A stretch of DNA of 60,396 nt, from assembly GCA_040946865.1 (NCBI GenBank), contig JAYFSB010000001.1, positions 1 to 60,396 of the forward strand, read 5' to 3'. The translations under genes and the position numbers were made by a program. This document shows positions 14,401-25,500 of the stretch, piece by piece. This DNA is from Burkholderia sp. GTDB lineage: Bacteria > Pseudomonadota > Gammaproteobacteria > Burkholderiales > Burkholderiaceae. The notes under the pieces were generated by a model. That model made no database searches. It was not told where the DNA came from and was given only the letters and a program-made list of their open reading frames with translations. The number at the start of each line of letters is the position of its first letter. Within the stretch, counting starts at the first letter, position 1.

Positions 14401-17400
14401 GCGCATGCTGCTGATCGGCGGCGACGCCGCGCAGCGTACGGCCTGGCAGCGTGCCTATCCGCAACTGCTGACCATCGATCTGGTGCCGTCCGCGACGGTG
14501 GACGAACTGCGCGGCCAGCTCGCCGCGATCGGTGCGATCGACGAACTGGTCTGGATCGCGCCGGCGCAGGACAGCCAGGACCCGGCCGATGAGGCCCTGC
14601 TGACGGCGCAGGCCGGCGGCGCGCTGGCGCTGTTCCGCCTGGTGAAGGCCCTGCTAGCCGAGGATCACGCTGGCCGCCGCCTGGTCTGGACCGTGCTGAC
14701 TCGCGCCACCCAGCAGGTTCATTCGCGGGACCTGGTCGCGCCGGCGCATGCCACCGTGCATGGCCTGGTCGGCTCGCTGGCCAAGGAATATCCGCATTGG
14801 TCGGTGCGACTGATCGACCTCGACGCGCAAAATGCCGATCCCGCGCCGACGCAGTGCCGCGCGCTGCCGGCCGGCAGCGGCGAGAGCTTGGCTTGGCGTC
14901 GCGGCGAATGGTACGCGCCGGAACTGGTCGCGCTGGCCGAGCTGACCCGCGGCAAGGCTCCCGCGCCGTATCGCGAGGGCGGCGTCTACGTGGTGATCGG
15001 CGGCGCGGGCGGGCTGGGCGAGGTTTGGACACGGCATCTGATCGAGCATTACCACGCACAGGTGTTCTGGATCGGCCGTCGCGCCGAGGACGCCGACCTG
15101 CGCGCGCGCCTGGCGGCCCTGGCTTCGCACGGGCCAGCGCCCGTCTACCTGCAGGCCGACGCGGGCGACCGTCTGGCGCTGTCCCGCGCCCGCGACACGA
15201 TCCTGCAGCGCCACGGCCGCATCCACGGCGTGGTGCATTCGGCCCTGGTCCTGCAGGACCGCAGCCTGGCGTGGATGGACGAAGCTACCCTGCAATCGGC
15301 GCTACGGCCCAAGCTCGACGTCAGCCTGCGTATCGCCCAGGTGTTCGCAGCCGATGCGCTGGATTTCGTGCTGTTTTTCTCGTCGATGATGAGTTTTTCT
15401 CGCGCCGCGGGGCAGGGCAACTACGCGGCCGGCTGTACCTTCAAGGACGCGCTGGCCCAGGCGCTGGGGCACCGCTGGCCTTGCGCGGTGAAGGTGATGA
15501 ACTGGGGCTACTGGGGCAGCGTGGGCGTGGTGGCCGACGCGCGCTACCAAGAGCGCATGAGTCGCGCCGGGATCGGCTCGATCGAGGCCGAGGAGGCGAT
15601 GGCCGCGCTGGAGCGCCTGCTCGGCGGGCCGGACGCGCAGCTCGGGCTGATCAAGCTGAGCCGCCCGCAGGCAGTGGAAGGCGTGCGCGCCGATCTGCGT
15701 GGCGAGCGCTATGGCGCGGCCCTGCCCGCGCTGCTGCCGCAGCTAGCGGCGCGGCCGCTGCCGCCCGAGCATGCGTCGCGGCTCGCGGCCGCCCAGGCGG
15801 CCCTGCCGCCGCAGGCCATGCAGGCACTGAGTCTGCGCCTGCTCGGCCAGGCGCTGCTCGGCTTCTCGCCCGACGGCAGGCATCTGCCGGGCGGCGGCAC
15901 TGGCCTGGCGCTGGCCGGCCACTACCGGCGCTGGTACGACACCAGCCTGCGCCTGCTGGCCGCCGGCGACTGGCTGCAGTCGCTGCCGAACGGCGACTAC
16001 CGCATCCTCGCCGCTGCCGCGCAGGACGTCTGGCCCGAATGGGAAGCCGCGCGTGGGGCCTGGCTGGCCGATCCGCAGCAGCAGGCCTGGGTGCAATTGC
16101 TCGAGGTCTGCCTGCGTGCGCTGCCCGAGCTGCTGGTCGGCCGGCGCAAGGCCACCGACGTGATGTTCCCGAACTCCTCGCTGGGCCTGGTGGAAGGCAT
16201 CTATCGCGGCAATCCGATCGCAGACCTCTACAACCACATCTTGTTCGATGCGGTGGAGGCCTATGTGCAGGAGCGGCTGATGCGCGAGCCACGGGCGCGG
16301 CTGCGGCTACTGGAGATCGGTGCCGGCACCGGCGGCACCAGCGCCGGCCTGCTGCAGCGGCTGGACCGCTACGCCGCGAACATCGACGAATACTGCTACA
16401 CCGATCTGTCGAAGGCCTTCCTGCTGCATGCCGAGCAGCACTACGCACCGGGACGGTCGTTCCTGCGCACCCAGCGCTTCAACGTGGAGGAGCCGCCGCA
16501 GGCGCAGGACATTACCGCCGACAGCTACGACATCGTGGTGGCCGCCAACGTGCTGCACGCCACGGTCAATATCCGCCGCACTCTGCGTCACGCCAAGGCA
16601 CCGCTGCGCGCGGGCGGCCTGCTGGCGCTCAACGAACTCGGCGAGCTGAGCCTCTTGACGCACCTGAGCTTCGGGCTACTCGACGGCTGGTGGCTCTACG
16701 AGGATCCAGCCTTGCGCCTGGACGGCTCGCCGGGCCTGTCGGCCGAGGGGTGGGAGCGCGTGCTGGCCGAGGAGGGGTATGCGCCACTGTGGCGGCCGGC
16801 CGAGGAATGCAACCGGTATGGTCAGCAGGTGCTGCTGGCGCAGAGCGACGGCCGCGTGAAGCGCGACGTGATTGTGCAGGTGCCGCCTGCGGGGGTGGCA
16901 CAGCCGGTCGAGGCGAGCGCGCCAGCGGTCGGGTTTGCTTCTACCGTTGCGCCGGCCGCTGGATCCGCCTCCGTGCCCGTGGCTGCACCGACTCCCGCAC
17001 CGATCTTCGCGGCACCTCTCAAGCCGGCTTCGCAGGACCTGGAGCAGGCCGTGGCCGATCACGTGCGGACCTTGCTGCGCGAGTGCATCGGCAAGGGTCT
17101 CGATCTCGATCCGCAGCGGATCGAAGCCGATCGCAGCTTCTCCGAATACGGCGTGGATTCGATCCTGGCGGTGCAGCTCGTCAACGAGATCAACCAGCGG
17201 CTCGGCATCGTGCTGCAGACCACCGTGCTGTTTGACTACAGCCATCTCGACGCGCTGGCTGAGTACCTGGAGCAGGCGCATCAGGTTGCGTTGCGCGCGA
17301 GCCTGTCGGCGCGCGCGGTTTTGCCGGTGCCAATTGCCGTGCTGGCCTCGCCGCCAGCGATGTCGCTCGGCACCGTCTTCCAGCCGACTCCGCAAGTGCA

Positions 17401-20400
17401 GCCGGTTGGCGCAAGCTTCCCGACGGCCGCCGGTGGCCGTCGCCGCGCCCTGATCAGCGGCCCCGGCCAGATCGCGGACCTGCGCCTGGTGACGGCCGAA
17501 GTACAGGTGCCCTTGCAGCCGCAGCAGGTGCGCGTGGCTGTGCGCGCTAGCTCGCTGAATTTTTCCGACCTGCTGTGTGTGATGGGCCTCTACCCGAACA
17601 TGCCGGCCTATCCGTTCACGCCGGGCACCGAGGCTAGTGGCCTGGTGCTGGAGGTCGGCAGCGCGGTGAATTCGCTGCGTCCCGGCGACGAGGTGATCTG
17701 CCTGGCCCAGGGTTGCCATGCCACCGAAGTGGTCTGTCACGAAACCCAGGCCTGGGCCAAGCCGCCACAGCTGAGTTTCGAGCAGGCCTGCGCCTTGCCG
17801 GTGGTCGCCCTGACTATGATCGATGCCTTCCACAAGGCCGACCTGCAGTCCGGCGACAGCATCCTGATTCAGACGGCCGCCGGCGGTACCGGCCTGATCG
17901 CGATGCAGCTGGCACGCCATTACGGCGCGACAATCTTCGCCACCGCCGGCTCGCAGGAGAAGCTTGACTATCTGCGCGGCCAAGGTGCCCAGCACCTGAT
18001 CAACTATCGCGAGGAGGATTTCGAGGCCGAGGTGGCCAGGCTCACGGGCGGCCGCGGCGTGGACGTGGTGATCAACACCCTGTCCGGCGAGGCGATCGCC
18101 AAGGGCCTGCGCAGCCTGGCACCGGGCGGGCGCTACATCGAGATCGCGATGATGGCGCTGAAGTCGGCGCAGTCGGTGGACCTGTCGGTGTTAGACAGCA
18201 ACCAGAGCTTCTTCAGCATCGACCTGGCGCGCTTGATCGCCGAGCGGCCGGGCAAGCTGGAGCGGTACCGGCGCGAGCTGGCGAGTCTGGTGGAGCAGGG
18301 CGTGTTGCAGCCGACCGTGTCGCAGGTGTTCGCGCTCGAACAGTTGCACGACGCCTATCGCTACCTGCAGGACCGCCGCAATATCGGCAAGGTGGTGCTG
18401 CGGGTGCCGGCAGCCGAGGTGCCGGTTGCGGGCGAGGCTTCCGCGCCCGTCGTTGCCACGGCGCAGGCGGTGCCATCGAACCACGCTGATGAACCGATCG
18501 CCGTGATCGGCATGAGCGGCCGTTTCGCCCATTCGTCGGACCTGGACAGCTTCTGGTCGCACCTGGCCCAGGGCCACGACCTGGTCGACACGGTATCGCG
18601 CTGGGACCTCGGCCCCGGCGAGGGACCCTGCCGCGACGGCAGCTTCCTCGACGAGATCGACCGCTTTGATCCGCTGTTCTTCCGCATGTCGGGGCTGGAA
18701 GCTACCTACATGGATCCGCAGCAGCGCCTGTTCCTCGAGGAGGCCTGGCGCACGCTGGAAGACGCTGGCTACGCGGGCGAGGCCGTCAAGGGCAAATTGT
18801 GCGGCGTCTACGTGGGCTGCACCAGCGGCGACTACGCCCAACTGTTCAAGAGCGCGCCGCCGCCGCAGGCCTTCTGGGGCAATTCCGGTGCGCTGATCCC
18901 GGCGCGCATCGCCTACTACCTCGACCTGCAGGGCCCGGCCGTGGCGGTCGACACCGCCTGCTCCAGCTCGCTGGTGGCGGTGCACCTGGCCTGCCAGGGC
19001 CTGCGCGCGGGCGAGACTGAGCTGGCGCTGGCCGGCGGCGTGTTCGTGCAATCGACGCCGAGCTTCTACCTGGCCGCCAATCCGGCCGGCATGCTGTCGG
19101 CCACCGGCCGCTGCCATACCTTCGACGAGAGCGCCGACGGTTTCGTGCCCGGCGAGGGCGTGGGCGTGATCCTGCTCAAGCGGCTCAGCGACGCGATCGC
19201 CAACGGCGACCACATCCACGGCGTAATCTGCGGCAGCGCGATCAACCAGGACGGACGCAGCAACGGCATCACCGCGCCCAGCGCGCGCTCGCAGGAGCGG
19301 CTGGAGCGCCAGGTTTACGATCGCTACGCGATCCATCCCGAGACGCTGCAGATGATCGAAGCGCACGGCACCGGCACCAAGCTCGGCGACCCGATCGAAT
19401 ATCGCGCGCTGCGCCAGGCCTTCTGCCACTACACCCATCGCGAGGGCTTCTGCGCGCTCGGCTCGGTCAAGACCAATATCGGCCACCTGGCCAATGCGGC
19501 TGGCATCGCCGGCATCCTGAAGATCCTGCTGGCTCTGCGGTATCGCCAGCTCCCGCCCTCGCTGCATTTCCGCAAGGGCAATCCGGCGATCGCTTTCGAA
19601 GGTAGCCCGTTCTATGTCAATACCGAGCTGCGCCCCTGGCCGGCCGGTGAGCGCACGCCGCGACGCGGCGCGGTCAGCGCCTTCGGGTTCAGCGGCACCA
19701 ACGCGCACATGGTGATCGAGGAAGCGCCGGTGCCGGTTGCCGCGCGCGCGGCTGGGCGCGGGCTGGAACTGGTGGCGCTGTCGGCGCGCACCGCCGGGCA
19801 GCTGCGCGAGCAGGTGGGCAGGCTGTTGGCCTATTGCCAGGTACGGCCGCAAGCCAGTCTCGGCGATCTCGCCCATACCCTGCTGTGCGGACGCGAGCAT
19901 CGCGGTCACCGGTTGGCGGCGGTGGTACGCGATCTGGCCGAGCTGCGCCAGGTGCTGGGTGCCTGGCTGGAACAGGGTGACGGCAGCCGGCTGCAGCTGG
20001 GCGAACTCGACGAGGGCGGCGTGCGCGAGCAGCTCGTGCAGCGCCGACTGGGGCAGGCCGCGATCGAAGCGGTGCGCGAAGGGCGGCAGGAACGGCTGTC
20101 GACCGTGGCCGAGCTGTTCGCGCAAGGCTACAAACTCGACTACGCCGGTTTGTTCGGCCCGGGCTACCGACGCCTTGCGTTGCCGACCTATCCCTTCGCG
20201 CAGGAGCGCTACTGGATCGACGATTCGCTGCAGCGCGCGTCGCTGCCGTCGACGCCTGCACCCGCCTTGGTGGCAGCGCTTGTCGCGGCAAGGCCGGCAC
20301 CGTCGCAGACATCCTCGATCTCCGACAAGGCGATGCGCGAAGCCAGCGTGGCCTACCTGAAGCAACTAGTGGCCACCACGCTGCGCGTCTCGCCGGCGGA

Positions 20401-22594
20401 AATCAGCGCGCACGAGCCGCTGGAGCGCTACGGCATCGACTCGATCCTAGTGGTGCAGCTCACCGACAGCCTGCGCCAGCATTTCGACAGCGTCGGCAGC
20501 ACTTTGCTGTTTGAGGTGCAGACCATCGATGCGCTGGCCGAGCGGTTGCTCGCCACCGAGGCGCCGGCCCTGGCGCGGCAGCTGGGTATAGATACTGCCG
20601 ATACTGCCGTGCCGGTCGAGACACCGGTACTGACAACACCGTTACCCTCGCTGGAATCGAAACCGGAGCCGCAGCCCACGCAAACGCAACCGGTTGTCAC
20701 CGCCACCGAATCAGTCGAGGCCAGCGGGGCGGCCGAAGTGGCCCACCCCGCAACCCGCGGCGACGTCGCCGTGATCGGCCTGAGCGGCCGTTACCCGAAG
20801 GCGGCAGACCTGCGCGAATTCTGGCAAAACCTGCGCAATGGTCGCGACTGCATCGATGAGGTGCCGGCCCAGCGCTGGGACTGGCGCAAGTACTTCGACA
20901 CCGAGCGCGGCCGGGATGGCCGCAGCTACAGCCGCTGGGGCGGCTTCATTGACGGCGTCGACCACTTCGATCCGCGCTTCTTCCGCATCCCGCCCAGCGA
21001 GGCCGAGTACATCGATCCGCAGGAGCGTCTGTTCCTGCAGACCGCCTACCTGGCCATCGAGGATGCCGGTTACACGCTCTCGACGCTAAGCAAGGACCAG
21101 CGCATCGGCGTGTTCGTGGGCGCGGCCAACAGCACCTACACCTTGCTGCCAAGCCACTGGTCGATCGCCAACCGCGTGTCCTTCACGCTCGACTTCCACG
21201 GCCCGAGCCTCGCCGTCAACAGTGCCTGCTCCTCCTCACTGACGGCCCTGCACCTGGCGCTCGACAGCCTGGCCCACGGCAGCAGCGAGGTGGCCTTGGT
21301 GGGCGGCGTGAGCCTGGTGCTGCACCCGGCACATTTTAACCGGCTCTCGGCGCTGGGGATGCTGTCGAGCGGCGCGCAGTGTCGCCCGCTCGGGGAGCAT
21401 GCCGACGGCTTCGTCGACGGCGAGGGCGTGGGCGCGCTGCTGCTCAAGCCGCTGCAGCGCGCGATTGAGGACGGCGACCAGATCTACGGCGTGATCAAGG
21501 GCAGCATGATCAACGCCGCCGGCAAGACACGCAGCTTCGCGGTGCCTGATGCCGCCGCACAGGTGCGCCTGGTGAGCGAGGCGCTGACGCGCGCCGGTGT
21601 GTCGGCCGACACCATAGGCTACCTGGAAGCGCACAGCAACGGCGGCGAGCTCGGCGACATCACCGAGATGCAGGGGCTAGCCGAGGCCTTCGTCGGCACG
21701 GCCGAGCGGGGCCATCGCTGCGCGATCGGCTCGGTGAAGTCGAACATCGGCTATTGCGAGAGCGCGGCGGGCATCGCCGGCCTGACCAAGGTGCTGCTGC
21801 AGCTGCGGCACGGCGAGTTGGTGCCGACCCTGCATGCGCGGCGCGCAAATCCAAAGATCGATTTCGCCGGCACGCCCTTCACGCTGCAGCAGGAATTGAG
21901 CGACTGGCCGCGCCCGGCCGGTCATCCGCGGCGCGCCGGCGTGTCCGCCTTCGGCGTGGGCGGTGCCTACGCGCACGTGATTGTCGAGGAATACGTCCCG
22001 CCGGTTCCGGCGCGGCCCGAAGCGCGGGGTCAGGCGCTGCCGATCGTCCTGTCGGCGGCCAATGCCGAGCGTCTGCGCGTGGTGGCCGGGCGTCTGGCCG
22101 GCTTCCTGGCGAGCGAAGCTGGTCGCGAGGTGGTGCTGGCCGATCTCGCCTACACGCTGCAGGTGGGTCGCGAGCCCCTGGGCGAGCGCTTGGGCTTCAT
22201 CGCCGATTCGGTGGAGCAGGTGCGCGAGGTATTGCGCGCCTTTGCCGAGGACCGCGAGGCGTCGCTGCCGCTGGTGCGTGCAAGTCTAGGCCGCGGTCGC
22301 GACGGCTGGGCGCTGTTCGCCGACGACGAGGACTTCGAGCGCACCGTCGAGCAATGGATCGCCGGCGAGAAACACGCCTCGCTGCTGGACTTGTGGGGCC
22401 GCGGTTATCCACTCGACTGGCGGTGCCTGTACGCCGCGCAGCGGCCGCGGCGAATCGGCCTGCCGGGTTACCCCTTCGCCGAGGAAAGCTACTGGGCCCC
22501 CGAGTCGCTGCGTTATGCCGGCGTGCTCGAGGACGAAGACGATTTCGACGCCACGCCTTTCGAGCCGGCCCAGCCGGTGGGAGAACAGTCTTGA
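2447..22594 (+). CDS. Trans-AT PKS, 6,715 aa: DD-ACP-KS-(pseudo-ACP)-DH-KR-ACP-KS-KR-ACP-KS-DH-KR-cMT-ACP-ER-KS-ACP-KS0 (lgaC-like)
   Basis: ATGA overlap with the upstream gene. ACPs GIDSIV, GFDSIT, GLDSFG, GVDSIL, GIDSIL; KS motifs DTMCSS, ETACSS, NTACSS, DTACSS, NSACSS; DH HQVGGRRILP and [48 protein letters not shown]-type ER IQTAAGGTG. No AT domain. Confidence 0.96.
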
Positions 22595-25500
22595 AGCGCG
22601 ACCTCAATCACGACTTCGATGCCACGTCGCCCTCGCGCGACGAGGGCCGGCAGCCCCATGCCGATGCCCTCGGCCACAACACACGCCCGCTCGGGCATGT
22701 GGACACGGCCATCATCGGCATCAGCGCCCGCTATCCCAAGGCAGGCGACTGGCGGCAATTCTGGGAGAACCTGCGCGCGGGGCGCGACTGCATCGGCGAA
22801 ATCCCGCCCGAGCGCTGGGACTGGCGTGCCCATCATGACAGCGCGCGCGGCACGCCGGGACGAAGCTACACGCGCTGGGGTGGCTTCCTCGACGAGATCG
22901 ACCGCTTCGACCCGCGTTTCTTCCGCATCGCGCCCGGCGAGGCCGAGCATATCGACCCACAGGAGCGCCTGTTCCTGGAAAGCGCCTACCTGCTGATCGA
23001 GGACGCCGGCTACACTCCCGCTAGCCTGAGCGCGAGTCGCCGCGTGGCAGTCTTCGTCGGTGCCATGAACAGCAGCTACTCGCTGTTGACTAGCCAATGG
23101 ACGCTGGCCAACCGCGTGTCCCACGTCTTCGATTTCCATGGCCCGAGCCTGGTGGTTAACAGCGCCTGCTCGTCCTCGCTGAGCGCGATTCACCTGGCGC
23201 TGGAAAGCCTAGCCACCGGCACCAGCGAGGTGGCGATCGCCGGCGGCGTCAACCTGATCATGCATCCGGCGCACTATGCGCGGCTGGCCTCGGTCGGCAT
23301 GCTGTCGGCCGGCCCGCATTGCCGCGCCTTCGGCGCAGGCGCGGACGGCTTCGTCGACGGCGAGGGCGTGGGCGCGGTCCTGCTCAAGCCGCTGCAACGT
23401 GCGATCGAGGACGGCGACCAGATCTACGGCGTGATCAAGGGCAGTGCGCTCAATGCCGGCGGCAGGACCCACGGCTACACGGTGCCCAGCCCGCTTGCTC
23501 AGGGGCACCTGGTGGCCGAGGCGATCGCCCGCGCCGGTTTCGCGCCGTGCAGTATCGGCTACGTGGAGGCGCACGGCACCGGTACCGAGCTGGGCGACCC
23601 GATCGAGGTGCGCGGCCTGACCGAGGCCTTCGGCGCGGCCGGCGTGGTGCCCTGGTGCTCACTGGGCTCGGTCAAGTCGAATATCGGTCACGGCGAGGGC
23701 GTGGCTGGCATCGCCGGCCTGACCAAGCTGTTGCTACAGATGCGTCATGGCCAGTTCGCGCCCAGCCTACATGCCGAAACACTCAATCCCCGAATCAATT
23801 TCAGCGGCACGCCGTTCACTGTGCAGCGCGAGCTGGTGCCCTGGCCGCGCCTGGCCGGTTATCCGCGCCGCGCGGGCGTGTCCTCGTTCGGCGCGGGTGG
23901 CGCAAATGCGCACCTGCTGGTCGAGGAATACGTGGCACCGGCCGTGTCGTCCCCCGCCGATGCGGGCTCACCAGCGCTGATTGTGCTGTCGGCCGCGAAT
24001 CCCGATCGCCTGCGCGCGGTGGCGCAGCGCCTGCTCGATTTCCTCGCCGGCGAATTCGGCCGCGGCATCACACTGGCCGAGCTGGCCTATACGCTGCAGG
24101 TCGGCCGCGAGGCGCTCGCCGAGCGGCTCGGTTTCGTCGCCGACTCGCTAGCCCAGGTGCACGCCTGCCTGGCGGCCTTCTTGCAGAATCGCGAGGTCGA
24201 GCGGCCGTTGCTGCGAACCAGCCTCAGCCGCGGCCGCGACGGCCGGTCCGCGATGCTAGACGACGAGGGCTTCGCGCAAACCCTGCGCAGCTGGGTCGAG
24301 CGCGGTAAGCACGAGTTGCTGCTGAAGCTGTGGGGGCAGGGCGAGCCGCTGGACTGGTCGCTGCTGTATCACGCGACGCGGCCGCGTCGCGTGAGCTTGC
24401 CCGGTTATCCGTTTGTGGGCGAGCGTTACTGGGCACCCGCCGCGGTGCGTTATGCCGGCGTCATTCGCAGTCGCCGCTCGCGACACGCCGTCGATCCCGA
24501 CCTGCTGCTGTGCCGGCCCGCCTGGCGCGATGCACTGCTGCCGGCTGCGGCGCGGCACGAGTTGCCGCGGCGTGAACTCTGGCTGCTCGGCAGCCTGGCC
24601 GGGCTCGACGATGCCGCCTTGCCGGTGCTGCCGATCGAGCGTTTCCGCAGCGAGCAAGCCGAGCTGGCGCGGCGCTGTGCCGACCTGTATGCCCAGGTCC
24701 ATACGCGCCTGCGCCAGCAGCTGCGGGACAAGCCGAGCGAGCCCTTGCTGCTGCAAGTGGCGATCCTCGGGCGCGACGACGAGATCCTGCTGTCGGGGCT
24801 GTCCGGCATGCTGCGCAGCCTCGGCCAGGAAAGCCGCAAGCTGCGCGGGCAACTGCTGATGATGGAAGGCGGCGAGGATCGCGCCACCTGGCAAGCGCGC
24901 CTGGACGACAATGCCGCTGCCGCGCGGCCACGCGAGGACTGGGTGCGTTACCGCCAGGGGCGCCGCGAAACCTGGACGCTCCAGGAACTGCCGCCTGCTG
25001 CCGGCGAGCCGGCCGTGCCGTGGCGCGCACAGGGTGTTTATCTGCTGAGCGGCGGCGCGGGCGGGTTGGGGCTGCTGTTTGCCGAGGAGATCGCCCGCCG
25101 CGCCGAGGGCGCGACCGTGATCCTGGCCAGCCGCTCCGCGCCCGACGAAGCACGCCGAGCGCGTCTGGCCACGCTCGGACAACAGGGTCTAGCGATCCGA
25201 CACGCGGTGCTGGACATCACCGATGCCGCTGCGGTGCAGGCGTTGGTGGACGAGATCGTCGCCACCCACGGCCGCCTCGACGGCGTGCTGCACATGGCTG
25301 GCGTACTGCGCGACGGTTATCTGCTCGACAAGGAGCGCGACAGCGTCGACCAGGTGCTGGCACCCAAGCTGCTGGGCGCACTGCACCTGGATCTTGCCAC
25401 CCGCACGCTGCCGCTCGACTGCTTCGTGCTGTTCTCCTCGGCGGCAGCCCTGTTCGGCAATGCGGGCCAGGCCGACTATGCTGGTGCCAATGGCTTCCTC

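Noticed and set aside
21754..22590. Long N-terminal extension of the third PKS in the ORF track, or a programmed frameshift fusing it to the previous gene
   Set aside because: The extension is Arg/Gly-rich off-frame translation of the upstream KS; there is a good RBS and TTG at 22591 and no slippery site is evident.
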